DNA of 63,126 nt, filler included, from Octopus bimaculoides (Eukaryota): NCBI RefSeq assembly GCF_001194135.2. It is 5 parts of 4 records of this genome, joined end to end, with 100 filler letters (N's around TTAATTAATTAA, not from the genome) between each part and the next. Parts side by side here need not be neighbours in the genome. Positions count along the whole stretch, not along the records: positions 15,347 to 35,448 come from NC_068984.1; positions 35,549 to 54,891 come from NC_068994.1; 3 more parts are not named here. One strand, written 5' to 3'. Made by a program: the position numbers and the translations under genes. The notes beneath the pieces were generated by a model. It worked only from the letters and a program-made list of their open reading frames with translations. It was not told the origin of the DNA and ran no database searches. Of the stretch, positions 25,902 through 40,130 are shown one piece after another; the stretch's first letter is position 1; each line of letters begins with the position of its first letter.

Positions 25902-26183
25902 TCTATATCTATTTATCCATCTATCTATTTTCATATTTTGGTCCAGTTAGTCTTTTGCTAATCCGAGTTTCGCTTCTACACCCAGAAGTAAAACTCGGAG
26001 CAGCAAGAGACTGATTTGGCCAATGCAAGATATTATTAGTCTCCACTTTGGTATTGTGTACTCTTTTTTCTGTAAAACAAAAACTAAACGGATATATACT
26101 TATATATTGCTACTACCGAACGGGAAAATGTACACAATTCTATGTAGTGTGTAGAAGTTTATTTAGGTTGAGCCAATAAGTAG

Positions 26184-26505
26184 CAGTGGTTCTCAATGGT
26201 GGTCCATGTGGCCTTTAAGGGTTCATATAAAATGTTTGGGGTCTACGTAACAAAACAACAAATTTGAGATCCTCAGCAGTATAATAAGAGCGCCTGATAT
26301 AATTTTGCTCTAGACATATTATTGATACATATTGCAAGAAACAGTTAGGTAACCTACACAAGTGAATGTCGGAAAAACAAAATAGGAATTTTGAAAGACG
26401 TTTTTATAAAGCTAATATTTAAACATTGAATGACTGGGGGGGGGGGCCACCAGAATGAAATAGTAAACAAAAGGGTCCATTGATAAAAAAAATGGTTGAG
26501 AACAC
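26184..26505 (+). mobile_element. hAT-type MITE (same family as 50337-50779)
   Basis: CAGTGGTTCTCAA ... GGTTGAGAAC ends; internal homology to 50337-50779. Confidence 0.8.
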
Positions 26506-27329
26506 GTAATCTAGAGTTTCCCCAATGTATAGCCTTCTGTTAAGACAATGAAATATCAGATTGTAGGTAAAGTCACCTCGTCATGACGTCGGATAGACGA
26601 TGACACAACATTTGTTCAACTCAAAAGTCAATTGTTTTGTCGGTGTCTATAGAGAAAAACAGCGTGAAGGAGAAGGAATGACGAATGTATACGCACACGC
26701 ACAAACACTTATATATGGTCGATTTTGAAGGAAGAATAGAGAAAGGTTTCCTCTCACATACGTAGATGTATTCTGACATACGCATGCACGCATACATAAA
26801 GTACATGGTTATAAACATAAAAGAAGCCGCTAGCCAGCTGTTGATAGAAGAATGGACTGATAAGAGCTGAGAGTTAAGACTATCTAAAGTACGTGCTCGA
26901 GCGCGTGTGTGTGAGTGTATATGTGTGTGTGTGTGTGTGTGTATGTGTGTGTGAGTTTGTCTGCGTATGAATTTATGCACGCGTGTGTGTATGTGTGTGT
27001 GAGTTTGTGTGCGTATGAATTTATGCGCGCGCGTGTGTGTATGTGTGTGTGAGAAAGAGAGGGAGAGGGAGAGAGAGAGACTGTATGTGCTTATGTTTAA
27101 AAGCAGTGTAAAAGAAGACATTTTAATGCTTATCTTTATGTAACTTAGTGGTTTGACACATAGATATCAAGAAAATAAGAAGGAAGCTTTAAGAATAGGG
27201 ATCGATATGGCCGACTAAACTATTAAAGGATAGAAAAATATTTCTAAAGAAAGTATTGATTCGTTGTTGTTGCTGCCGCTATTGTTATTGTCGCTGGTAA
27301 TGTAGTAAATCCTTGATTATATGTATGGT

Positions 27330-27700
27330 GGGTGTGCATAGGAAGTGATGAGTATGTATGATACTACCTCGGTTAGGGTTTCGTTTGGTTTCAGAATTGC
27401 TATAATCTGCTCGGTATTTAGTTTCAAGGGGATTTGGCAGCGGGTAATTTATGGGTAGTTAAAGATGTTAGTGAGTGCAATAATTCCTTCGGGTTCCAGA
27501 TATTAGGTGCAACTTGTGATTTTGTCAAGCCCCTGAGGCCTTTCAGAGCTTGCGTTTCTCTATTGCTTTTCTGATGTCTGATGAAAAGAAGAGGTTAAGA
27601 CAGGTCAAGTACAAGGTGTGTATCTTATGTTTTCAGTGTCTCTTTGTGTGGAAAAGAATTTGATGGGAGAGTTTCCTTCATGTTAAAGTAGAAATATATT
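27330..27700 (-). mobile_element. LINE reverse transcriptase N-terminal fragment (I/Jockey-like)
   Basis: Minus-strand pieces DIRKAIEK, KASGLDKIT, LEPEGIIALTNIFN, QIIAILKPNETLTEVVSY match the KA.G.D.I...LT.IFN...II.ILKP...SYRPI pattern. Confidence 0.7.
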
Positions 27701-28899
27701 ACTTGAAGTTGATTTTGTTGTTGTTGTTTAGCCCTCGGTCAGCTCAGATTTTATGGACAATATGGGCAAAAACACTCCAGCCGTGATAAACTCATGTCCT
27801 TTCTTTCTTTTTTTCTTTTCTAAATGTATTGTATCTGAGATCAGAATTGTTATTTTGCCATATAATGTGAGGTTGTTTATGATGGCTCGTGTTGGATATA
27901 AAGATTTGATAGTTTTTAGTCTTTCTTCGGTTCATCTTCATTTCTTTGTTTAGAAGTTTGATGCCTGCAGTAGGTATAAAGTCTTAGTTTCAGGCTATTG
28001 TTATAATTCCATTTACACCAATTATGTTTTAAAGGAATAGTAAACTGATCAAATCGACCTCAGGAAGACGACAGCTAATATTGAACTAAAAAAATAAATG
28101 CTCATAAATAAATACAGAACGCATTTTGTTCGACGCTCTAATGATTCTGCCAACCCACTTAAATTTATGGCGGCAGAGAAATGGATAACTCTCATAGTCA
28201 TAATATTTCAAAGAATTTTAATGACGGAAAATGAGTAAAGTTGTTGCTGCTAGTAATCAAAATTAGATCGTGAGCTAATGAAAGAGACTGTATGTGATCG
28301 CTTGATCTGCTAGAAATGGCAGCAAAACAGCTTTGAAATCACATCTTAATAACAATTGAGAATAACTTGGTAACATATCCCATGTTTCGCTATTTGCTTT
28401 AGGTGACCATGTAGTCAGGAGCAGATATAATAAACACTCTTTCGATCCTTCCGCTCTTGATCCACTGAAGCATCCAGGACATGATAGCTACAGGGAAAGA
28501 TACTATGCTAACATTGGACTGGTATTGTATCTATCGATTCCCGGAAGGCTTCACCGGGGTTTGAACTGAGAGGATAGATAGTCAGTTCAAATTTAAGTAC
28601 GCCATTATATCTGACGATCTAACGACTCTACCATACGACTACTTTAACATTTTAATGAAAGAAAATATATACTAGAAAAGGTAACTCAGGTTTAGAATAA
28701 AAGACAGGACGGTCAAATCAGGAAAGTATTTAATCAAGTCATGTTCAGTCAGGGCCGACTTGGAGTTGAACACATGCAACAAAAATCTGAGCTCTAATCG
28801 GCTGTCGATAAGCTTACCTCGTCTACTTTCAAGGCTCAAGTCAAAAGAAAGAAATCAAAAGCTCATATAAAGATCACAAAGGTGGTGGGTTGACATAAT

Positions 28900-29345
28900 C
28901 ATTAGAGTGTCGGACAAAACGACTTGTGATATTCAGAGATAGTTATTTACGTTCTGAGTTCATGTCCCACCAAGTGTAGCTTAATGATATAACGGTGGTG
29001 GATTAGCAGGTTAGTTAGGTTTGGGCTTGCAATATTTAATTACGTCACCTTGCGTCTAAGTTCAAAATCTCGCCGAAATCAAGTTTGGAATTCCTGGGAG
29101 AGACGGAAACAAATAAATCGACACACTGTGACAAACACACTGGGTCGATGTATTCGTTTATACCTTTATCTCAAACCTTTTGGCAGTTTACCTATGTTAG
29201 ACATCTACTAATACAAAGTTCTAATATATTTGACAAGTACTAATCCACAGTATTTGACTAGTTCTTTATTTTATCACCCACACCCGGGGTATTGATAAAA
29301 TAAAGTACTAACTAGTCAAGTACTATGGTTGAATTTAATCGACTT
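28900..29345 (+). mobile_element. Cluster of old family 3 SINE fragments
   Basis: TTTACGTTCTGAGTTCA, TAAGTTCAAAATCTCGCCGA and CTGGGTCGATGTA remnants. Confidence 0.55.
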
Positions 29346-31914
29346 TCAAATAGGCGAGACAAATATCCGAGGCCAGTTGAACTGACGGAGTGTTTGATAA
29401 TGTATGTTTGTTTGAATGCACACATGTGTTAATACATTAACTCACATTCATATGAATAAACCCAAATTAGATAGTTTTTTTTTCATTATTGGCAACATAA
29501 ACTTAGTGATAAGAATCTAAAGACAGTAATAATTTATATAACGTTTATTGATGTATGATTAAACCAAGGACTTTTTAATAACCATATTATCCAAAAATGG
29601 TATGACATCTACTACATCCGGCACAACTTTTTAAAGTATATGAAACATTACAGTTTAGAGTAATTTAAATTCTATAGCTAATAGACTATGCATTTACATA
29701 CTCGTATACACACATATGTATACATACTTACATACATATTTCATATGTATGCTGATGCGTATATATGTATATATGCCTGTATTCAAAAGAGAAAGGGTAA
29801 TTCAGGGCTTTAGCTACCATAGGAAAAACATCGCATATGACATTCCTGAGCTTCTGAAACTGGTTGGGCGACATTTAGGAAGAAAGCACGACTTAATGAC
29901 TGCTGCAGTTGGAAGCAGTGGATGTAAACATCAATTTATTGTGAGATCGAAGTCCTGGCCTGAATGTTTGTAACAAAATAGGCTCCGCTGAAGGCACTCA
30001 AGTAGACGTCTTTTGTCTCCGTGATAAATAGGGAGCGGATTATGTGTACTAATCAAAATTTGACATGTATGGCTGCATTCTGCAGATTTTTGTCATAGAA
30101 GTGTTGCCTTCACGATCGTTGGATCGTAGGCTCAATTTTTAGAACGAGTAGCCTGCAGTGTCCCTGCTTCAGTCCACTCGGCTGAAAATGAATACGAGTG
30201 GCAGCGAAGAGAAAGGACTTTCCCTACGACTGATGGCGACCCGCTTAAGAATCTTGAAACCTCATTTATTTAAACGCCATTGATACTGGAATAAGCTCTG
30301 AGGTATTGACCAGTAGGCTCGTGACAGACTTTAATTTTTTAAATGTGTGTGTGTATATATATATATGTGTGTGTGTGTGTGTTTGTGTGTTTGTGTGTTG
30401 GTGTTTATCTAGATGTATATCGCTGTGTATGTATATATATATATGGGAAAATAATAACGATGAAATTAACATAGAAGTCAAAGTGAAAACAATGTGCAAC
30501 CATCAGACTTTTGCTCAAAGAAATGGAAGGAAATAGAAGTGCCTTTGACTTTCGGGATTAAATTTTTCTTCAGAAAGAGAGATAGATTAAAAAGGTAGAA
30601 AGAAAAAAGCAAGAAAAGCGGGAATAATGGAGAAACATATTTCAGTTTATCTCAAAGTAATATATTGTATATGCATAAATCTATCAATCAATATGGGCGT
30701 AGTACGAAATAATTCAGTCTGGGCTTCTAAGATCAACGTAAGTAATTAATCTTGGAGTAAGTAAACATTTTGTAATTGTTCAACTTCTTTCTCATAACTT
30801 ACTTACAACAGACGTGGAATGCAATCAAACTCTAATTCAGCAGACATTGAATACTGAATGAAAACTTTGTAGATTCTTGCTAAAGTACAACTCCAACATT
30901 CTAATTTGGGATGTAGTCTGCAAGAAAATCTTAACCATTTAATTAAACAGCTTGAGCAGGTAATCCGGTATATATCCCATAAGAAAGACCCAGTAGTTTT
31001 ATGTTCGTTAGTCAGTAGAGAATGTGTACAACATATAGATTAACAGATACGCGTTTTAAGTAATATGAAAAACTATTCATTACGTATATGGGCGTACAAA
31101 TGTGAACATGTATGTTTTTAATATATCATTCAACTACTGTCGTATTTGAATGATATTCTTAAAGCCGCGGTTTTCTCACATGCAGCATCTTTCAATGCTT
31201 GTCGCTAATTCAGTTCTTAACTAAATGGAATGCCATTGACATTTTTGAAGAGGACTGGTCCCTAGCTACATTTTAACATAAAGAAACTGAGATTTGGTCC
31301 AGCAGAAAAAAAGTTTACGTCAAAGTTTGTAGCGACGTTATAGGAGCGTAAGTAACGCCACAAGTCAAGTTTAGATCTAAATATCTTTTTTATCTTAAAA
31401 GAAAAATATATTTATCTTTGCTTCAATGATAAAAAAAATCGTGAAGAATTTCATAGTTTTTGTCCCATGCAACGATAAAATATCATGAAAAAAAATTGGA
31501 TTTAAGTATAAATCACTTTTTTTATTTTAAAAACAAACTATATTTTAATTAAGTTTAAATGATAGAGCTTAATTCGAGGAATTTCATGGTATCAATCTCA
31601 TACAATGAAGTTCTAAAAGAAAAAAAAGTTATTAGTGTTTGCTTCTCTAAATTAAGTGTGATAATATAATTCTACACATTTTTATTCTAAGGGGACTTTT
31701 ATATATGCCACCGGCATCATTGAGGTAAGGAAAAAAATTATCAACGACGTCACGAGGAATTTGATTGTTTTCGTCTCATTAGATTAAATTATACTCATAA
31801 ATCTTTCACATTCACAATTTCATTGACAATTAATTACATTCGTATTTTAATCAGTTGCCTGTTAATTGCTCTATTTTTCACTTCATTTGTCTCTCTTCTT
31901 AGTAGGCTTGCTGT

Positions 31915-32270
31915 TGGATGCGCAATGTCCCAGTGGTTAGGACAGCGGACTCGCGGTTGTAGGATCGCGGTTTCGATTCTCAGACCAGCCATTGTGAGTG
32001 TTTTTTTTTTTTGAGCAAAAATACCTAAAGCTCCACGAGGCTCCGGCAGGGGATGGTTGCGAACCCTGCTGTACTCTTTTACTACAAATTTCTTTCTGTT
32101 GTACATGTATTTCAAAGGGCCAGCCTTGTGTTGCGTTGAATCTCCCCGAGAACTATGTTAAGGGAACACGTGTCTGTGGAGTGCTCAGCCACTTGCACGT
32201 TAATTTCATGAGCAGGCTGTTCCGTTGATCGGATCAACCCTCGTCGCCGTAACCGACGGTGTGCCACGAG
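31915..32270 (+). mobile_element. tRNA-derived SINE, full-length variant
   Basis: Head CCCAGTGGTTAGGACAGCGGACTCGCGG...GGTTTCGATTCTCAGACC; tail TTGCACGTTAATTTCATGAGC...GTAACCGACGG, also seen inverted at 37525-37680. Confidence 0.85.
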
Positions 32271-32427
32271 TAGGCTTGATACTATATAGGTCATAATACG
32301 ATTTTTTCTGCAATTTATAAAAAGGTTTTTTTTTATCTTGAAACTATTCTTTATATTAGAATTAATTTTAATTAAGAATATATATCTAAGATGAATTATC
32401 ACATTATACTTTTTTGCACGTTTTTTT

Positions 32428-33179
32428 TTTTTGTTGAAATTAGTTTCAATATATATTCTTTTTCTACTCTAGGCGCAAGGCCCGGATAATAATAACTATA
32501 TATTAACACAAAGCAAGCACTCAATTTTTTATAATAAATATAGCTTGCATGCTTTAATTTTAATGTTACTCGTTATTGGTGGGGTAGAATTGAACTCGGG
32601 GCCTGGATTTGATAAAAAAGGATAATAATAAGAATAAAGGGGTAATCAATTGGATGAAGAAGAAATGAAGAAAAACTAAATATAAAAGAAAAAAATTGAC
32701 ATATTGTTAACATATTATTAATTAGCATAATAGCATAGCCTGGATTTGCTCTATTTTCTGACAATGGTCGAGTATATGTCTGGAGACTCTGTGATCAAAA
32801 ATTTTTTTGTTGAAATTAGTTTCAATATATATTCTTTTCTACTCTCGGTGCAAGGCCCGGATAATAATAACTATATATTAACACAAAGCAAGCACTCAAT
32901 TTTTTATAATAAATATAGCTTGCATGCTTTAATTTTAATGTTACTCGTTATTGGTGGGGTAGAATTGAACTCGGGGCCTAGATTTGATAAAAAAGGATAA
33001 TAATAAGAATAAAGGGGTAATCAATTGGATGAAGAAGAAATGAAGAAAAACTAAATATAAAAGAAAAAAATTGACATATTATTAACATATTATTAATTAG
33101 CATAATATCATAGCCTGGATTTGCTCTATTTTCTGACAATGATCTAGTATATGTCTGGAGACTCTGTGATCAAAAATTT
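32428..33179 (+). repeat. Tandem direct duplication, 2 x 376 bp
   Basis: GTTGAAATTAGTTTCAAT starts at 32433 and 32809; only a handful of substitutions between the copies. Confidence 0.95.
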
Positions 33180-33761
33180 GACATGAAAAGATAGCAGTGA
33201 ACAATGAAAGGCGGTGGCTATTCTGTGAAGGTCTGGGGAGCAATTTGGAGCAATGGTCACTCAGAACTAATGGAGTGTGAGGGAAACATAATCTCAGATA
33301 AATATGAGTCCATACTGCAGAAAAGACCCCTTCCAATCTTCTCCAGTGGTGAAATAATTAAAGAAAACTCTTTATCTTTAGAAGATTGGACTCCTTGGCA
33401 CTCGGCTAAAAAGACCCAAGATTGGTTGGAAGAGAACGGCATTAACAATCTTCCATGGTCAAGCCAGTCACTAGATATGAACCCTATTGAACACCTCTGG
33501 AGAATAATGGACAGGACATTTCGTAAAACGAACAAGAAAGCATTCCCCAAACCAGAACTTTTCAGAATACTGTGCGAAACTTGGCAAGAAATTTCGCAAG
33601 AAAATATTCATCTGATCAGCAGCTTGCCTAATGGGGTTCTTGCATGTCTACTAAAAATTAGATATTCACATTATAATAATTAATAATTTGAATGTATAAT
33701 TTCAAATTAAAATAAAGTTTAATGATTATAAGGGTGTCTATTTATTTCTGTCATGTCTGTG
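33115..33761 (+). mobile_element. 5'-truncated Tc1 (DD34E) element with 3' TIR
   Basis: [31 protein letters not shown]; ends GGGTGTCTATTTATTTCTGTCATGTCTGTG followed by TA. Confidence 0.9.
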
Positions 33762-33764
33762 TAC

Positions 33765-33849
33765 ACATATATGTATATATATATATTTGGTGTATGTATA
33801 TGTGTCTGTGTCTGGTGTCTGTATATATATATATATATATACACACACA

Positions 33850-33898
<49 letters not shown>

Positions 33899-34564
33899 AT
33901 ATATACATACATACACATATAAATAAATACATACAAACATACAAACATACACACATATATACCTACACATACACACACACATATATGTATATTCCTTTCT
34001 TTGATAATATTTTCACAATTTTCTCCAAGAAAATATACATTTATGTAGGTATGTATATATTTATGTATGTATAAATGTATGGATGCCAACACATACATAA
34101 ATTAATACATATATACATATAGAAATATATTTATGTGTGTGTGTATGTGTGAAAATATATATTTTCTTGGTGAGAATTGTGAAAATATTATCAAAGAAAG
34201 GAATATATTTAAATAAGGTAACACTTCAAACAGGGTAGGTACCTTTGTGGTTGGTCATGTAAATGAAACAAGTGTAGCAGAAAGGCCCTTAATAAGGAAC
34301 AAATGTAAGGATCTGAACGAAATGTAAAGTAAACGTTTGCTAACAAGCAGATCGTATAAATAAAATATAAGGGTATGTAAAATAGGGATTAGTGAGCATG
34401 TCTCCATTCACGTCATTTCCCTAAAAATATTTATTTATATACATCCTGAACATATACATAAGCTCGCGCGTACATATAGTACATATACACAAATACATTC
34501 ACAGAAACACACACTCACACAAACATATAGACACGCACACATGTGTCCTTATATATACACACAT

Positions 34565-34615
<51 letters not shown>

Positions 34616-34910
34616 TATATATATGCATATATATCTATATGAATGTATATATATATATATACATATATATACATATATATATATATACACATATATATGT
34701 TTGCATATATATCTATATGTATGTATATATGTACATATATACACATATATATATATGTATATATATATACATACATAAATATATATATATGTATATATAT
34801 ATATGTGTGTGTATATGTGTATATATATGTATATATACATACATATATGCATGTGCGTATATACCTATGCATTTGCTCATATACACACACACATACTCAC
34901 ACTTGCATGA

Positions 34911-34948
<38 letters not shown>

Positions 34949-35450
34949 ATGTATGTATAATGTGTGTGTATGTGTGTATGTGTCGTGGTGTGTAGTCAAC
35001 CAGCCATACATAGTGTATATAAGCATATGTATAATCCCAGACACTGACACAGATACCATACACACACGTAGATATACACGCACACGCACATACACTCCCA
35101 CACATACACACATGCAAATATAATTGATGACTTTCCCATTTTATTTTTCAAAGGATGTAAACATTTTCTTTGTTGTAATTAAAATAAAGACTCCGCTACC
35201 TACCATATTTATAGCCAGATCTGTTCCACGTAAAGAATAATATTCCCAGCAACATGCAGACACATTTAATGATGTCACATGCACACACGCTCTCTCTTTC
35301 TCTCACAAACACATACACTCACACAAGAACACACATATACGTGTATGCATGTCTACATACATACATACACGCATACATGTATGTATGTACGTATGTATGT
35401 ATGTATGTATGTATGTATGTATGTACGTATGTATGTATGTATATATATNN
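33765..35450. repeat. Extended TA/CA/TG microsatellite field
   Basis: Directly visible. Confidence 0.9.
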
Positions 35451-37524
35451 NNNNNNNNNNNNNNNNNNNNNNNNNNNNNNNNNNNNNNNNNNTTAATTAA
35501 TTAANNNNNNNNNNNNNNNNNNNNNNNNNNNNNNNNNNNNNNNNNNNNAATATAAGTATACATGATATGTAACTGGCTCCAAAACGATGTACTGCCGTAT
35601 GTTTAGAAATACTAAAGACTTTTTTAAAAATCCATATTTATGTTTAGGTGTCCTAAAACCGTTATTCGTAATATAATCACACACAAATATATTGACTAAA
35701 ACGAGGTTAGTATTAGTTTTCCATATAATTTTTGAAAATTCATATTCAATTTATTTTTTCAATTTTTTTCCTATGTAAAATACGCCAGTGAATTTTTGAC
35801 TTTCAATAGGAAGAGTGACAATTTCTTTTTTTTTCTTGATTACTAGTATGCTACGAAGTCAAAAAGATTTTCAAAAATATAAACCGTTAATAATTCTTAC
35901 AAATTAATCTCATTTAAAAGAAACTTGCTTATTTATAGGGTTATATATATATATGTATATATGTCTCTCTCTCTCTCTATATATATATACTCAATCAATC
36001 CAAACATGGAACAAGCAAGTATATATATATATATATATATATATATATNNNNNNNNNNNNNNNNNNNNNNNNNNNNNNNNNNNNNNNNNNNNNNNNNNNN
36101 NNNNNNNNNNNNNNNNNNNNNNNNNNNNNNNNNNNNNNNNNNNNNNNNNNNNNNNNNNNNNNNNNNNNNNNNNNNNNNNNNNNNNNNNNNNNNNNNNNNN
36201 NNNNNNNNNNNNNNNNNNNNNNNNNNNNNNNNNNNNNNNNNNNNNNNNNNNNNNNNNNNNNNNNNNNNNNNNNNNNNNNNNNNNNNNNNNNNNNNNNNNN
36301 NNNNNNNNNNNNNNNNNNNNNNNNNNNNNNNNNNNNNNNNNNNNNNNNNNNNNNNNNNNNNNNNNNNNNNNNNNNNNNNNNNNNNNNNNNNNNNNNNNNN
36401 NNNNNNNNNNNNNNNNNAATACCACCACCATCGCCACCACAACTGCCATACACACACCATTCAGACTTCTGACGCCGCCACCACCATCAATACCTCCCCC
36501 TCCACTACCAACACCACTGTCTTTCACATCGCTTACTATCACCGTCTTCCCCGACCGCCTCGGCAACCACTACTACCACCATCATCACCGTCGCCTCAGC
36601 CTCTAACACAACTACAGCTCATACTATTACTATCGCCTCATTACCATCACAACCGTCAATCTACTACCGCCCTCACCGTCTCTATGCCTACTATTACTCT
36701 CACCTCAACATGAGGAATAGTAGAAGTGTCATTGAATAGTGAGAGAGGGGGTCAAAGTCTGACACACTGACACACAGAAATTCATTTTGGCATTTATTAT
36801 TATTATTATTATTATTATTGTGTGTGTGTGTATTAAGAATATCGGATGTTGTTATACATCGCTGGTATCGTTTAAGTTTTCGAATGATGCCAACCCCGCT
36901 GGCTTGGCGCGCAGGCCAATGTGTGCGCGCGTGTTTGAGAGAAACAGTGAAGCAGAGATGAACAGTCCATCATATCTTTATCATATATGTGAATATTTTT
37001 TATCTCGTACCGAAAAACCAGCACAATTATGTGATAATGCGTATCGTTTGCTGTTTAACGAACTGATAACATCTCAAGTAGTGAATGAAGTTTTATTTCT
37101 GGTTCGATAATGACCTTTTATTGGTGTATCTATTTTTAATTCCCCAAATACTTATCCCTTTATGTCAATTTATAAGCCTTTGAGTGTCACCTTTGATCCC
37201 TTTTATATACATACATATCTTTGAGATAGGTGATCGGTGAAATCAAGTAGCTTGTGTAATGAATTTTAACTTGTATATCTTATTTGCCATCATTTAGAAT
37301 TACTATGTAAATATTCACCTTTCATCGTACTATCTATATAATGAAATAATTAAAATATTAGTCATTGACCTATATAAGCTTTTCCTCGCTGGAAATAATT
37401 TCTAAATTAGCCTTTTAATGTTCCCTACATTATATATGTTTGCATTAACTTAACGAGCGTTTTGCTATCTCCCTAACCTATCAACGCAGTTTCCCAGCGC
37501 TCAGTCTCTGCATTTTTTTTTACT

Positions 37525-37680
37525 GGTAGGTTCTCCGTCAGTTGCGACGATGATCACTCAATTGCTCAGTCAACTGAATTCTTCTACTCGTGAAATTAAT
37601 GTGTAAACGGTTGAGTATTAACGTGGACATGTGTAATAAACGTGTAGTTTTGCAGACGATGTGACAAGGCCGCGTTTCAA
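37525..37680 (-). mobile_element. SINE tail related to 31915-32270
   Basis: Reverse complement reads ATTAATTTCACGAGTAG...TCGTCGCAACTGACGGAG. Confidence 0.6.
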
Positions 37681-38829
37681 CTTCAGCTCCTCAATTGCTG
37701 ATAGTGTTAGTTGTAGGAGCGATGTCGTAATATTCGAATGCACATTTAAAAAATCCGTCTCTCTCCTGGACTAACTAACCACAGCCCATCTCTTCTCGAA
37801 AAAGAGAAACGATAAGATTCGCTCTCGAAAACACGAACGGCAAAGTTGATCTATGAGATTTGAAATCAGAGAGCAGAAAGCCGGAACAAATACCACAAGG
37901 TATTTTATCCTACGCTCCATCGATTTGCACTTACTTACTTAAGGTCTACGATTTGAAGAATGTCAGACGAGATCACGAAAGCTATTTTCTGCACATACAT
38001 ATACATCATGCTTGCCTCTGCCGTCTTAACGCCGTGTTTCTACAGTAACAAGAATTAGATCTACGAGCACTCCGACATCCATATCAATTATGTATTATCT
38101 CATCTCTATAGGTTTTAAATTTACCTTGCTCTAGTTATTCCTGATACTTTTAACTGATTACTTTTTCTTTTTCACCCAACATGAAATCAGTCACTGACAT
38201 AATACGTACATAGAAGCCATAGTTCCCTCTGTTACGTGCATGGGCTAGCCATTACAGTAGATGCTGTTTATAATAATCACAAATGATGCTTCTACAGTTT
38301 ATCATCAAAATTAATGGGTCCCGACAACTCTTTATTTGCTTAATGTTATGGAGAAGATTTTGTCCCAAAAATATTACTATAAGCAGTTTCTGCTGGTTTA
38401 AATTATTTTTTTTTTTTATCTCCTGCACTCACGCTTATGAAATTAACATTGAAAGTTTAAGATGGCGATTTCGGTTAATCTCACTCCGTTTCAATGCAAT
38501 CAACCATGCGCATTCTTTCACGCACATTGCTCATGTCTTCATTCATATGCTCTACCGTACCGTGTGTTCTGTATGGAGCGCATTAGTTAAGAAGGAAGGG
38601 CAGAGATTTGAATCATCCGAAATATTACACAGATAAAAACACAAATACTAATATATAACGAAAAGTCATTTTAATCAATCAGCGAAACTCCAGTTATCAC
38701 AAATCATTCCTGCAACTTAAAAGAAATATTTTTTTTCCCGCATTTCTAAGCACTTAAAATATTAATCATTTGGTCGACATTTTTGTCAACAGACATGTTG
38801 ACATACATTCACTCGCTATTCAGCATAAG

Positions 38830-40130
38830 CATTATTTAGCCATGAATGACATATTGTACTCAAATATGTCAACATTCGTCCGAGGTCGCTGAAAGAATAC
38901 TCTCCAGAACACGGTGGAGCAGGAACGTTGTCGAAGAATAAGTGATATTGGTTAAAGACCGGCAGAGCGCCATGACGATCGTTATTGAAAATAATTTCAA
39001 CACCAAACTGCATATGCCAGAGAACCTGATAGCTGCGTATAGTTCATAACAAACCGTGCAGATTGCCTTTTCTACTTGCATATCCATATCAGCGCCATAG
39101 CGTGACACAAGTCGATAGTGCTCATCTGAGTCAGCTGGCATACCAGGATTAAGAATAGTATGGTTGAGTATTGCAAATATGTTTTGGTCATTACTATTAA
39201 ATCGTGATTCCATTTCCACTGAAATAAGAGGTAATATATTCGACGATAGTCTTTGGAAATTTGATACGGTGTCACATAGATTGATTGACTTGCAATCAAT
39301 GCGATATGCATTTTTTTTTCAATCCATAGAACATTCACTTCCCTAAATGAGAATTGTGTCTTGGGTGATTTGTGTTTGTGTGCGCGCGCGTGTAGCTTCA
39401 CGAACATTTTCAGCACATTTCCAAACACTTTCGTAGTTTTCATTTCTGTAGTGAATAAGAGTTTTCTTAGTTATTATAACTGTTTTTCTGGCTGTTATAT
39501 CATCTACAATCTTTCCTAGGAGCTAATTGTTGCGGTTGCTTGTGTTGGACAGAATTATTTTCAGCAAACCAGTCCAGTTTGTAATTGAAAATCGCATATG
39601 GCCTTCCGTATAAAGTCTGCCATCCGTATATGTTTTGAAGTTTTTTTTTCATAAAGAATACTTTCTTTGGCAGAAGGTGTATAAAATTTGATTTAAGACT
39701 CCTCAGATTTCTCCTCCAATGGTGAATCTGAGATATATTCCCACTTGTTCAACTCTCCTGATGTCTGACGTTTCATCAGCAATAATGAAATAGCCTGAAC
39801 GCTTTTTCACAACAACTTCAGCCATGGTGTTAAGAATTTCGTTTTGAGCAATGAGTAAAGTCAACAGCACGTGTATCTAAGCGATTTTATAGTTGTCCTC
39901 CTAGCCAACGAATATCCTTGGACCGAAGATGTAGAAATGATATCACAGTTAGTATTGGAAGTTTCGCACGTGTTACCGAGTTCTTCTGCTTAACCTTGTT
40001 GAACTATTTTGCTGTGTGGTAACAATAGACTGTTGATAACAACTTTCAAATACTATTTGTTGCTTCTATTCAGTATTTAGCTAACCTTACATCAATGTTT
40101 TGTGCTGTCCATTTCATCAAGTCCAACTAA
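38830..40130 (-). mobile_element. Degenerate hAT (Tip100/ZMYM1-like) transposase relic
   Basis: Minus strand QNEILNTMAEVVVKKRSGYFIIADETSDIRRVEQVGIYLRF matches the family motif FSIIADETTDIS..EQL...LRF; also EMESRFNSNDQNIF and C-terminal dimerization remnants. Confidence 0.75.
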
